From: Octopus sinensis
Taxonomy: Eukaryota
NCBI RefSeq assembly: GCF_006345805.1
Contig: NC_043002.1
Coordinates: 89,466,001 to 89,530,000 of the forward strand
Length of the DNA stretch: 64,000 bases
Direction: 5' to 3'
Below the pieces are notes generated by a model. That model saw nothing but the letters and a program-made list of their open reading frames with translations, did not search any database and was not told the origin of the DNA. This document shows positions 11,815 to 24,950 of this stretch, piece by piece (the first letter of the stretch is position 1; each line of letters begins with the position of its first letter). Made by a program: the position numbers and the translations under genes.

Positions 11815-13224
11815 AGATAAAAACAATAAAATAATTAAATAAATGTACATATACTGTCTTATAACAAAAAATTTAAATATATATAAAAATACGTAATTTT
11901 ACAATAAAAAATCAAACAAAATTCAACAATATATCTTAAAATAAAAACATAACTTATCTTATTGAACTAAATCTTTAAACTTAATACGTAGGACTTAGTG
12001 TTTATAATAAATTTATCTCGTTAAAAACGGGGTGTAAATAAAAATAGAATAAATAGATAGAAATATTTATTTTATCTATGAAAATAAACTATAGTATATC
12101 ACTACTGGAAAATTAAAATACAAGTAATTAAAACAAAATATTTAAAATACATAATATACATTAAGTGAAGCTAAATTACTATAATTTAATCTATATTCAT
12201 TAAATTAATTATTTATGTATTTATTTAATAAACATCTAAGTTTAATCTTATTCTAATTATGTAATATATACTAAAAAACTTCATGCTAACTTATATACAT
12301 AATACTACTACAAACTATAACTACAAGAATTAAAAACAGAAAAATGGTTCAAATATATACACACAAATTAGTTAAACTTATATAATTAATTCAATTTATG
12401 TATAGATTTAATATTTCACTCATAGAATTAGACAATGATTCATATGTAGTTACATATATCATCATCAATAATATTAATAGGCTAACTTTTTGTTTTTGTA
12501 CATAGCTGTTGTGTGCATCACACTTACTTGAAAGTGGCAGAGCGAGAGAGAGAGAGGAGGACAGAGAGAGAGAAAGAGAGTGAAAGAGAAAGTGAGAGAG
12601 TGAGAGAGAAAGAGTTTTGTATTTTTAAATGTTTCAGAGAGGACGTAAGAGAGAAAGAAAGGGAGTGAGAGAAAGAGAGTGTGAAAGAGACAGTGAGTGG
12701 TGACGGCATTCGTTTTGTGTTTTTAAATGTTTATCGCATCACAAGAGAAGTAGATACATATACACATTGTTAAATCAAGAGGGACACAAAGGAAGTGAAA
12801 GAGAAAGAAAGAGAGAGAGATACAGTAGATACATAAATCCAAAGAAAAGTTCATATACAGATACATATACACAGCTAATATGCTGTCAATTTCACTTTTC
12901 ATTACCACACAAGGATAAAATTAACTCACAAATGGCTGAGTACTCCACAGGCATGCTTAACAGTAACATAGTTCTCAGGGAGATTCAGCCTCACACACAA
13001 TATGACAAGGCTGGCCCCTTTGAATTACAGCTACAACTCGAGATATATATATATATATATGAATGTATTTGTGTGTGTGTATAGTTTAGGTTAGTTAAAA
13101 CATGTTTGCAATAATAAGTGTCGCGTGGTGGAAATAAACGCAATTACCAAACTTTCATTCATAAATCCATTTATTATTTCATTCTTTTGCATTTCAATTT
13201 GTACCCAGAAATTTTCAATAACTG

Positions 13225-13900
13225 AATGCCAAAAGAAATGGAAAAATGAGTAATTTTATCTCCTAAAAATTCTGTCTGTCTTGCAATAAATGCAAAAGTT
13301 CTTAATATTATAACAGAGGCACTTAAAACGTACTTTAAGCACAATTTCAGTGTCCTGCAATAATGAAGAGGAGGTTCAGAACTATCCATTTGGATTCATA
13401 AACTCACTCACTCCATCCGGTATGCCTCCTCATCACCTCAACTTAAAAGTAAGGGCTATTGTAATGCTGCTAAGAACTCTTTCAATCAGTCAAGGATTAT
13501 GTAATGGAACTTGCATGAAAGTGCAAAGACTTCATGAACATTGTGTAGAGGCATCATTGGTAACAGGCTCCAACAGAGGTCATACAGTCCTAATTCCCAG
13601 AATTAAACTTAGCCCCAGTGATGCAAATATTCCATTTACACTAAACAGACTTCAGTTTCCACTTTGCCTTGCATATTCAATGACAATTAATACGGCTCAA
13701 GGGCAAACATTTGAAAAAGTTGGAATACATTTGCCTCAACCAGCATTTTCTCATGGCCAATTATATGTCGCATTTTTCAAGAGCATGAGCTATGAACAAT
13801 ATCAAAGTAAGAGTTATGACACTCAATTGGGATAAACAGACAAGGCCAAAAACGTGGTGTGACATACACACAAAATACTGTCTACCATGAAGTACTGTGA
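13225..13900 (+). pseudogene. Helitron RepHel PIF1-like helicase C-terminal fragment (frameshifted)
   Basis: ILSPKN..., NSLTPSGMPPHHLNLKV..IVMLLR.L...GLCNGT, IPRIKL, RLQFP..LAYSMTIN.AQGQT..KVG..L..P.FSHGQLYVA, ending TQNTVYHEVL* at 13900. Frameshifts near 13335, 13775 and 13840. Confidence 0.92.
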
Positions 13901-14919
13901 GGAAGACCACTGCACTGGCTAGCATCACCATCACACCAGCCGCTCCATTATTACACATCCATATTACACCTTTAAGATCGGGGAAACCAATTAGGAGCTT
14001 GCTGGATCTCTCTTGACATACCAGCAAACCACAAAATCGCACCAGCCAGCATCACCACTACCTCCAAGCCCATCATATGTGTGTGTGTGTGTGTGTGTGT
14101 GTCTGTCCCACTACCACCATTTCCATGAGCAATCAAATTGCTAAAGAAAACATTTGTTGGTGTGTTTTGAGTCCTTGTAATTTAGCTGTTCAGAAGAGAC
14201 TGAAAGAATAAGAACCAGGCTTACAGGGAATAAGTCCAGGGGTCAATTTCTTTGACTAAAGGGTGGTGCTCCAGCATGGCCACTGTCAAATGACCAGAAA
14301 AATGTTCCATACCACCAAACCAAGAAGGTTCTTTGAATATGTGAGATGTATTTTAAGGTTAAATAGTAATTCCGTTTACGTTTGTGTAACTGAGATATTT
14401 TGATTGGATTATATAGTCATTGGTGTTACATTACTTTCTATATTCTGTAACTGTCACAATATACTTTTCTAGGCTTGAAATTTTTGTGGGGAGGGGGCCA
14501 GTTGATTAGATCGACCCAGTACACAACTGGTACTTGATTTATCAACCCTGGAAGGACAAAAGGCAAAGTCGACCTCGGCAGAATTTGAACTCAGAACGTA
14601 AAGACAGTCGGTCATAATATACAAACATTTCTCATGGCACCAGTACACTGTTTACAGATGCTTACATTTTTAATGTTTTCCATGAATTTTTCATGGGTCC
14701 AGCTAGTATAAATTATTTCAAGGATATAAATACTTCTTAAAGGGATGTCAGCATCCATATTCTCTGGTTTTATCCAGTGTAGTAGTGAAATACTAAAAGA
14801 TGTTAGCTTCACATAAGCATGGAAATGATTGTAGGATCTATGAGTTTGATATTGTTTGAAATTAGATTTGTTTCAATAAATTGATGTCAGTATATCAATT
14901 TCTCCATTTCGTTTTTTCT

Positions 14920-14947
<28 letters not shown>

Positions 14948-14950
<3 letters not shown>

Positions 14951-15136
14951 GCCGTTTGCCAGCCTCCTCTGGCTCCTGTGCCAGTGGCACGTAAAAAGCA
15001 CCCACTACACTCATGGAGTGGTTGGCGTTAGGAAGGACATCCAGCTGTAGAAACACTGGTGTAGCCTCCTGGTTTCCCAGACCCCGGTCGAACCATCCAA
15101 CTCATGCTAGCATGAAAAACGGATGTTAAACGATGA

Positions 15137-15176
<40 letters not shown>

Positions 15177-15364
15177 GCCGTTTGCCAGCCTCCTCTGGCT
15201 CCTGTGCCAGTGGCACGTAAAAAGCACCCACTACACTCATGGAGTGGTTGGCATTAGGAAGGACATCCAGCTGTAGAAACACTGGTGTAGCCTCCTGGTT
15301 TCCCAGACCCCGGTCGAACCATCCAACTCATGCTAGCATGAAAAACGGATGTTAAACGATGATG

Positions 15365-15366
<2 letters not shown>
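14948..15366 (+). repeat. Tandem duplication (period 226 bp) of an RTE-tail element with its (TA)n spacer
   Basis: Units start at 14948 and 15174; apart from repeat-tract length I see one substitution (ggcgtt vs ggcatt). Confidence 0.9.
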
Positions 15367-15395
<29 letters not shown>

Positions 15396-15569
15396 ACGGA
15401 CTTCGTTCAAGGCTATAGTAGAAGACACTTGCCCAAGGTATCATATGGGGAAGACTGAATCTGGAACCATGTTATTAGGAAGCAAGCTTCTTACCAATCA
15501 GTCATGCCTTAAAACTTTTTTATGGTTTCTGTAGAAATTTGAGAAGATATTATGAATCATCACCACCAC

Positions 15570-16170
15570 CACCATCATCATTTAACATCTGTCTTCCATG
15601 CATGCATGGGTAAGATGGTTGACAGGAGCTGGCCAGGTAGATTACTCCAGGTTACTGTGTCTGTTTTGGCAGGGTTTCTACAGCTTGATGCCCCTCCAAA
15701 TGCCAGCCACTTTACAGTGTGGACTGGATTCTTTTTACATAGTACCAGTACTGGCAGGGTCACCAAGTAACGTGCAAAACAAAGGACCTTTGAGAGAGGA
15801 GGGAGAAATTGGAGGAAGTGATCTTGTGTCAGATGATGAAAGGTTAGAGTGTGACAGAGAGGCAGAAACAGGTATCTTGCTATAACAGAGGGGGTATTGG
15901 AGGAGGTGATCCAGTGTCAGATGAAAGGTTAGAGCGAGACAGAGAGAGGTTGAAACAGGTGTCTTGATATAGAGGAGGTACATGGCCACCCAGCGAGAGA
16001 AAGAGAGTGAGAGAGAGATACAAGAAAGAGGATAGGAACAGGTGTGCTGATGTAAAGGAGATACTTGGTTACCTAGTCAGAGGAAAAACAAGAGGAGGAG
16101 AGAGTGATCAAGAATGAGGGCAGAAACAGGTGTGCTGCTGTAGATACATGGCTACCAAGCCAGAGGCCTA
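15570..16170 (-). mobile_element. Older RTE 3'UTR-type element
   Basis: catcatttaacatc...ccatgcatgcatggg 3' end, and modules shared with 4050-4600 and 32300-33024. Confidence 0.65.
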
Positions 16171-16299
16171 AATGCAAAATTGGTACCAGTCCAAGGAAGT
16201 TTGTCCATATCCATTCTGATATCTGTGTAAAACCAGTCTGTACTTCCATGATTGCTTACATACTCATTATATAATGGACTCAAGAAACCTTATGATAAG

Positions 16300-16612
16300 C
16301 AGGTAAAAGAGTAAAAGCCCTCTTTAGAGACTGAATCTAGAAAGTTCCTCTCTGAGGCACAAGTCCAAGCAAGATTGTTTGTGGAAGACCAGCAGTCACT
16401 CATGCATCACACCATCAATGTTGTCCAAGGAAAAGGTAAATACCGATACAGCTTGGCACCAGTGACATCACAACTCATTTCTACAGCTGAGTGAACTGGA
16501 GCAACATGAAATAAAGAGTCTTGCTAAAAACACAACACACAGCCTGGTTAGGGAATTGAACTCACAATCTCACAATTGTAATCCTGAAACTCTAACCACT
16601 GAGCCACGCGCC
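16300..16612 (-). mobile_element. tRNA-head SINE (same family as 10660-10959)
   Basis: Shared gacagcttggcaccagtga...ctcatttctacagctgagtgaactggagcaa...ctctaaccactgagccac. Confidence 0.75.
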
Positions 16613-17339
16613 TTCATGCATGACAAATAAGTATTGAGTACCTTAATTTTACCTTACACATATACAAGCTCGAAATAGCAACGAAATTTCTATTACAAAG
16701 ATTGCACAACATGTCATGAAACCTGGACATGCTTTTTTGGTTAATTAGGGCACATAACACTACCTGTATTTAATAGTAAGGTTGATATTTTGCTAACAGA
16801 CATCAAACGCATAAAAACAAGAACTCAAGTACACAGAGACACACAAATATATACACTTACATATATACACCTATACCTGCATGTGTGCATATCATTACTG
16901 CTTCAACTCCTACTTTTCCATGCTTGAATGCATTAGAGGAAACTACAACGACACAATATTTACTAAGGCCAGATGTCCTTCCTGATACCAATCTTCACCT
17001 ATCAAAGTAATAATACCTCCAGTATATTGAACAACAAACAACCTGGATATGATTACACAGAGAACTGAAAATAAATGATGCCATTTAAATGTGCCTTTCT
17101 TTACAATCGGAGAACATACTAACACCCACACATTGCTGTCTGTAGTAAATCGTCCAAAAGTTGGGAACTTCAATTTGTGCTAGGTGTTCTTTAGCAATTT
17201 GATTGCTCATGGAAATTATCAAGTCTATAGGTTTTTTCTATCAGCATGTGTCCCAATCTTTTTCTCATTTAGTAACTTATTGATGTAAATAGATAAGTTT
17301 TCTTTGAATCTTGCTCTGAGCTGTGTTTTGAGTTCTTTG

Positions 17340-17644
17340 TTGTTTGTTCCTTCTCGAGCCATGCCTGGCTCATAAGGGCCGGTTTCCTGGTTTCTTGGCG
17401 TATAGGTTCCCCACCTGGACAGGACGCCGGTCCGTCGCAGGTGAGCTGCAAGATGCAGGAGGAAAGAGTGAGAGAAAGTTGTGGCAAAAGAATCAGCAGA
17501 AGTTTCGCCATTACCTTCTGCCGGAGCCGTGTGGAGCTTAGGTGTTTCGCTCATAAACACACACATCGTCTGGTCTGAGATTCAAACCTGCGATCCCTTG
17601 ACTGCGAGTCTTCTGCTCTAACCACAAGGTCATGTGCCTCCACC
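17340..17644 (-). mobile_element. tRNA-derived SINE with 12-bp TSD
   Basis: Head GGAGGCACATGACCTTGTGGTTAGAGCAG...GGTTTGAATCTC; TSD ttgagttctttg at 17328-17339 and 17645-17656; plus-strand relative at 36490-36776. Confidence 0.88.
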
Positions 17645-18008
17645 TTGAGTTCTTTGAATCCTTCATTCACTTCTATTGCATGCCCATGTAATTTCAAAAG
17701 TCCTGCTACAGTGACTGTTATTCTGAGCTACACATCCCTCTCAGAAAACTGAATACTCCTATCACACATCCCTCACTATGTCTCTATAATTCACATGTCT
17801 CATTCTCTGTCCTCTGTCACTCTCTCACAACAATGAATTTGTTTCTTTCACCAAATTTAACTTCTTCTCTTTCAGTTGTGGGCTCTTCAATCCATTAATA
17901 CTGTGCCAACAAAAAAAGTAAGATAAACTAAATCAAGCAGCAACAATACTTCTTTAGTCTTATTTAAGGCAAGATAACCTCTATAATGTTGGTACCAAGA
18001 AAAACACA

Positions 18009-18378
18009 TCTCTATATATATAAATGGCAAAGTGTCTGTGTGTGTGTCCTTTATACAAATCCACAATTTTTCAGTTAGAGGGCTTGCACTTTCTATGGTC
18101 ATTCAAAACCATCCAAGGGTGGTCGTGCACATCTTTACATTTCCCCAGTCACCCCACAAAGCCATTAAAAAATCAATAGAAGTGACTTTTTTGTGAATTT
18201 TCTATCCAAAACCCAATCAAAATGCTCAAAACTTGATACGCCAATTGAATGCCAGCTAGCTGTATGTGATTGGTCGGAGATTTGGACAGTACTCGCGTGT
18301 ATGTGCGCACGCACGCAGCTGCATATGCATGCACTAGCACTATGACCCAGCGTTGTCGTGGTCATAGTGCTAGTCTAG
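18009..18378 (+). mobile_element. Non-autonomous Helitron (intact short copy)
   Basis: Inserted between A (18008) and T (18379); starts TC, ends CTAG; subterminal hairpin actagcactatgacc...ggtcatagtgctagt; no TSD. Confidence 0.92.
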
Positions 18379-19427
18379 TATAATCTGTAAAGTAGTTGGT
18401 GTTAGGAAAGGTATCCAGCCAAAGAAACCATGCCAAAAACGAAGACAATTGAAGCAATATGTGGTCCTTCAACCAGTCAAACCACCCAACTCACATCAGC
18501 ATCGAAAATGAGCAAAAAACAATGATTACACACACACACACACACACATGATATGAGATCATCAAACAGATATTTTGAGCCAATTACTCATTATTCACAG
18601 GTTCAAATTTCATTGCAAGCATTTAGTTGCACTTCTGATCGGATTACTACATTACCACAGTTTCCACACCTAGCTGTTAGAAAGATGTACCAAATGTAAA
18701 TAGATTAAATCTGATACAGAAAATTAGGATATGTAAACTGCTACAAATGTCAGCTGTCCAACAACTGTAAACACGTCGTCCAGAGTCAGCAAAGAAGACA
18801 AAACAATTCTAAACTGTGTTCCAGAGCTGCTAACAAATATACTCTGGTTCAAACTACTTATTTTTATCACTGATACAATAGCTTTTAGTTCTTTTAATTC
18901 GCTAGTTGTATACTACCTTCACTCAGGTTCAGTCAACAAACTAATCATTTCTCAATAAGTTGTTCTGTGGCTGCTTGTTGTGGCTGTACTGTTAGAAATA
19001 GCAGTCAAATCTCCCTCAAGTTATGCACAATTATGTTGAACATAGCAAGATGCAATTGATAACGTAGTCCCATATATACTGTGTCTGAAAGACTGGACAG
19101 TCATGGACGGAATGCCTGTGATTATGGTTTTATTTCATCAGGCCAAAACTAAGCTAAACAACAATAGCTGTTATGCATGAGCCTTCTCCCCTGCTCTATG
19201 CATTTTACTTAATGTCAGAGCATCATTTCTAGGGAATTCTGTCTCTTTTTTTAATACAAGCTTCAGCTTAAACATGTTCAAACTAAACAATAATTCAACC
19301 TTATTGGAGTCTGAGTGCTTACAAAAGACATAGGCATTACTTTTGTCTCCTGAATAAAGTACACCTACCCCAACAAAAGAAAAAAAAAAACAACATTTGG
19401 TTATGTTATCGAATATTTGTGCAGTAA

Positions 19428-20108
19428 CAGGTGTGGCTATGGTAAGAAGCTTGCTTCCAAATTACATAGTTCCAGGTTCAGTCCCACTGCATGGCAACTT
19501 AGGCAAGTGTCTTCTACTATAGCCTCAGGCTAACCAAAGCCTTCTGAGTGGATTTGGAAGACAGAAATTGAAAGAAGCCCATCGTAATATATTCTCTAAT
19601 TCTCTTACTTGTTCCAGTCATTAGACTGTGCCCATGCATATTTACATATTGCAGTTTATTATTTATGCTTAGATCGATTCCTCTGTGGTGTTGTTTTGCA
19701 TTTATAATAAAATATATACAAATTTTTTAAATAATTAAAAAAAATATACAGTGCCCCAGCATGGCCGCGGCCTTCAGGCTAAAACATTTTAAGGATTTAA
19801 GTACAGTACTGTTTCAATTTCATAGATTTTCACCTATCGCGGGCGATAGTCGAGGGATTAGTGTATATATGTGTGTGTGTATCTACCTACATGTTTGTGT
19901 CTGTGTTTGTCCACTCTCACCATTTGACAACTGGTGTTGCTTTGTTTACGTTACCCTAACTTAGCAGTTCACCAAAAGAAACCAATACAATAAGTGCTAG
20001 GCTTAAAAAAAAAAAGTCCTGGGGTCAATTCATTCAACTAAAACCCTGCAGGGCAGTGTCCCAGCATGGCCACAGTCAGATGGCTGAAACAAGTAAAAGA
20101 CAGAAAGA
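19428..20108 (+). mobile_element. tRNA-derived octopus SINE with internal insertions
   Basis: gtggctatggtaagaagcttgcttcc...gttcagtcccactgc...ggcaagtgtcttctactatagcc head, tail ...ccagcatggccacagtc...gaaacaagtaaaaga; inverted tail pieces near 19600 and 19750-19800. Confidence 0.75.
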
Positions 20109-20267
20109 TTTTAACTTTTTTGTCTTATGAGGATTTATTCTGATCTAGGGAAACATACTGTTTCCAATTTCGATAAACCAATCTCTCTGATCATCCTATT
20201 ATCACCAGTGATCACACAGGAACACAGATTCCATCCATCTCTCATTCCCAAAAAGTACATTCTAATC

Positions 20268-20495
20268 ATCATCATCATCATTTAGCGTCCGCTTTCCATG
20301 CTAGCATGGGTTGGACGGTTCAACCAGTCTGATCTGGCAATGTTTCTACAGCTGGATGCCCTTCCTAACGCCAACCACTCCGCGAGTGTAGTGGGTGCTT
20401 TTTACGTGCCAGACAAGGCTGGCAAACGGCCACGATCGGATGGTGCGTTTTACGTGCCACCGGCACGGAGGCCAGTCGGGGCAGCGCTGGCAACT
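20268..20495 (-). mobile_element. RTE 3'-tail element
   Basis: catcatcatttagcgtccgctttccatgctagcatggg...ggatgcccttcctaacgccaaccactc. Confidence 0.8.
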
Positions 20496-20911
20496 TGATT
20501 ACATTAATTGCTCACTCTAAAGGTAGGTGTGAGAGGCTGGATATGGCTTGTTTGAACATAAAACAGGTAGAATATCTCCACAGGATATGGCCAGTTTAAA
20601 TGCTAAAGTGTTAAAGTATTATTCTGCAACTATTTTTTTAAAGTTCAGAATATGACTTTGTACACCATTGTTGTTGCTTGGCCCCAGGTCAACTCTGTTT
20701 CCAATTGTAGTCACCCATTTTTTGTTGCTTTTCATTATATAGAACCACAGCCATGACCATGTGGTTTAGAAGTTTGCTTCCCACAACCTGGTTTCGGGTT
20801 CACTGTGTGGCACTTTGGGAGAGTGTCTTCTACTATAGCCCCAGGTCAGCCAAAGTTTTGTGAGTGAATTTAGTAGACAGAAACTGAAAACAAGCCCATT
20901 TGTGTGTAATA

Positions 20912-20942
<31 letters not shown>

Positions 20943-21917
20943 TTGTAAGTGTGTATATTTGTGTCACAGCACATGATAGTTGTAAATAAGTGTCACTGTT
21001 ATATAAACAGTGTCATTCATTTTTTTATATTCTGTGGAAACATGTGTGGCCCTGGGAAAACATTGCCTTTCTTGGAAACAGGTGAGAGTTGGTAATAGGA
21101 AGAAGAAGAAAATTTGCCAAAGTAAACTCTTTCCAACCCATGCAAGCATGGAACACAGTCAGCTAAAATAACGATGATGATGATGATGATGACAGTGTGT
21201 TTAAGACTACATTACATAATGTTCTTACAGGTTTTAGGATGGTAGGGTATAATATAAAGGAGATTTGACTGCTATTTCTAGCAGGCACAATGACAACATA
21301 GAGGTTCCTCTTTGACTCATCTATATACATTTACTGTTTATATGAATAGAGGGCAGAGGTTAGACTCATTACCATATATATATGTGTGTATGTACATGTA
21401 CACACACATTTACGCCATTTCTTATTTGGAGTTCTCCTAAACAGATTACAGGATCAATCTCTCTCATACATTCCTTTTTGACATAGTATCAACACCAGTA
21501 GTAGAGACGGGTATCATGTTCTCTGTTAGACCAAACAGTCCTATATTCCTACATTATTTCCATTCATTTTCTAACCACTTTATAAAGAATACTGCATGCA
21601 TTTTATTGTGACACCAGCTCTAGACTCTTCTTGAGTGGAGCAGAGGACAAGTCAACACACACACACACATGAATACATACGCTAGCATAAAAGCATGAAC
21701 ATGCTATTTTAAATGCAGCAGAGTTGGCAATGACATTAGATAATTTTTGTTCAGGACACGTATCACTATGTCTGAATGAAAGACAGATGTGATCATAGCT
21801 GGAATATCTTTGCTCATAGATTAAGTGTAAAACTGATCAGAGCTGATATGAGATGGACAGTAATAGGTGTGTGCATGTGTTAAACAACAACTATAATTTT
21901 ACTTTTAATTAATGTGT

Positions 21918-21924
<7 letters not shown>

Positions 21925-21959
<35 letters not shown>

Positions 21960-22085
21960 ATTCATACACATTAATTAAAAGTAAAATCGTTATTGTTTAA
22001 CATGCATATATATGTACATACATACAAATATATATATATACATACATACAAATATATATATATATACATACATATATATATACAC

Positions 22086-22118
<33 letters not shown>

Positions 22119-22335
22119 CATATACATACATACATATACATACATACATATATATATACATACATACATATACATACATATATATATACATATACATACA
22201 TACATATATACATATACATACATACATATACATACATACATATACATACATACATATACACATATACATACATACATATACACATATACATACATACATA
22301 TACACATATACATACATATACATATACATACATAC

Positions 22336-22380
<45 letters not shown>

Positions 22381-22431
22381 CATGTACATATACACATACA
22401 TATATATACATACATACATTCACTCATATAT

Positions 22432-22478
<47 letters not shown>
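21925..22478. repeat. Compound (TA)n/(TACA)/(TATACA) microsatellite
   Basis: Direct reading; it accounts for the spurious YI/YM/HT-repeat ORFs. Confidence 0.95.
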
Positions 22479-22479
<1 letters not shown>

Positions 22480-22689
22480 TAGGGTAATCCTTATATCCAA
22501 CTTAACATGGCTGTCTCTTTAGAACACTGTATATTGCGTTATTACCCTTCAGAGATCCTCTCATTTAGGCATTAGGAGCATAAGAGCACACACATAGATC
22601 ATAGCAGATGAGAATTGCGCCATGGGCACAGGAATTTCCATATCATGTGAGTTCATTCTACAAGAAATCATCAGTTTGATTCACATGCA

Positions 22690-22858
22690 GTGACCAGATG
22701 CTTCTCATTGAGGATCTCCAGCAGAATGAAATCACGTGACCGGGGAATTTAGCACCCACGACAGATGATTCTCGTCTGCTAGAGCCGGTCTGGGAATCGA
22801 AACCGTGATCCTATGACCGCTAGTCCACTGTCCTAACCACTGGGCCACTGTGCCTCCA
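22690..22858 (-). mobile_element. tRNA-head SINE fragment
   Basis: Minus-strand GGAGGCACAGTGGCCCAGTGGTTAGGACAGTGGAC...GTTTCGATTCCCAGACC. Confidence 0.7.
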
Positions 22859-23849
22859 CACATACATATATAAATCCAATTCACATTCATAGCAACTCTA
22901 GTTGCTAACCATGAGCTATACATAAAATTTTTTCAGCTCTCCAAATCACAGCATGAAGTCAAACCAATACATTAAGCCATTCCACTAATCATGAACCCTA
23001 ATGCAAAAAATACACAAAATTTCCAGAGGTTTGTAGCTTTGGGGAGGGGATTCCATGTGGTGGTTGTAGTTCTGGGAGACATGATCAGGGAAAGTGTTTA
23101 GTGTACTATATGTTGTTGATGGTATGAGAGATACAATATGTATGACAAAGCATTTCATGCATGATGTGCTTGTTACTTAAACCCAGATCAACTTTGATTG
23201 AATTTACTCCAGTTACAAAATATTCTGTGCAATTCTTACTATCTATTTCAAGAGACACCAGCAAGATATGGATCAATGATCATACCATATTGTGATATTC
23301 TCTTCACTACAGTCACAAGACCTGAAATTTTGAGGGAAGGGGACTAGACAATTACAGTGATGCCCAGTGCTTGACTGGTACTTATTAACTTTGAAAAGAT
23401 GAAAAGCAAAGTCAACCTCAGCAGATTTGAACTCAGTTAAAGACAGTTAAAACATAAATGCTTACTGTACAAACAACTTACAATTTGAAATCACATCCAG
23501 TTAAAAATATTTCTAAATGATTAAAATATTGTGTACGTCAAAAAGTCAACGTCTTTTTCTTTTTCTAAGAGAGTGCAAAGACTATGTTTGTGTGTATATG
23601 TCACAGATAGCAGACATATGTTTGTGTTGATTGACATGCCATGAAATTCATTATATGTGTGTGAATTCTGTATGTGTGCTGACACTACAAGTAGACACAA
23701 AAATTGTTTACTCGTTTTCATTAATAAAGAGAAGTCCAAATGTCACAAAAATTTGTGCTGCTTTGCCGAAGGTAAGTATGAAAATAAATATGCAAAAAAT
23801 TAAGACAAAATATACTATTTCTAAGATATTTTAGGTACACAGGAACATC

Positions 23850-24950
23850 CCTAGAGTTTTAGTATTATTAAGATAGTGCCATACTGTTGCTTTGATATAT
23901 GTATAGAAGTAGATTCTTGTGCTGTTAAGGATTTCTCTTGTCCCTTTTGATGAAGGACTTTGAGGACTTGGTAATGGAAAACAGTGAAAGTTGATGTGAG
24001 GTGTCTAAGATGTATATGAAGGGTAATGTCATTTGCAAGGCAGTGTGTGTAGCTACAAGTAACAGTAAGTGGATCATTTAATATACAGAAGTGAATAGGG
24101 AGCATAAATAAACCTTGAATACACTAGAATTTATAGAACAGGGGTCATAAAATGTCCTAGCAGCACACACTGTAATGGAGGTATGTAGAAAGAAACTACT
24201 TCTGATTCAAAATATGAATGACAGGTGTAAATCATAGAAAGGCAGTTTAGCTGAGATGCTCCTAAAGTTCAACATAGTTGAAAGGCTTATGGACAATACT
24301 TTTGCTAAGTTCTCAAGGATAGACATAAGAGAACTGGTCTCTAATATGTTTGACTCTGAAAATGTACTGATGGTTCATGAGAAAGAAGAGAGACTCAATA
24401 TGTTGAAGGAAGCAGGTTCTTGATAAATATTTCTATCAGCCTGAGATGTTAGAAGGTTTAAGTGCAACAAATAGGTCAATAGTTAGCAGGTCAGAGATGA
24501 CGACCTTTATCTGAACAAGGCCTACTGTAATGTATTTCAACAGATTAAGAGAGATTTCTTTAGAGAGAGGATGTTTATTATGAATCAGCAACATAGACTC
24601 ACTGAAGTTAATTTCAACATTTTGGAGTTTCTGCAATTGTATTTCTCCAGTGCAAATTTATTTACACTAAAGTTGCAGTCAATGATGACACTGCTATATT
24701 ACTTCCTACGCTGCTTGATTAACTAGAATAGTAACTTACCTAAAGTACTAACACCTCTCTCAAATGAACTTACAGCTTTCCCAACCTCCATTTTTTTTAT
24801 TGATTAACTAACCTCAATAGCTGGCCAGCTGTTGATTTCATTCAAAGAACTTTCTATCCCACTCAGTTCCTCACACATCAAACTTTTAGAGTGACACTTC
24901 AATGCTTTTGATTTCTTTCAGCGTTACAGAGAATAAGTAGCCACACAGCA
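23850..24950 (-). mobile_element. Decayed CR1/L2/Jockey-group LINE RT relic
   Basis: Minus-strand remnants like HQY.FR...T.D.L (~24380) and LLP..F...LND......THCLANDITL (ORF 23851-24105), matching RT motifs 4-5. Confidence 0.55.

Noticed and set aside
21971-22487. Long ORFs of 140-214 aa rich in Y/I/M/H/T/C/V here and at 44489-45221 and 51990-52483
   Set aside because: They are translations of TA/CA/TACA microsatellites, not genes.
23569-23771. Plus-strand segment with a good acceptor and an ag|gtaagt donor
   Set aside because: Stops in all three frames and no homology recognised; it cannot be supported as an exon without RNA data.
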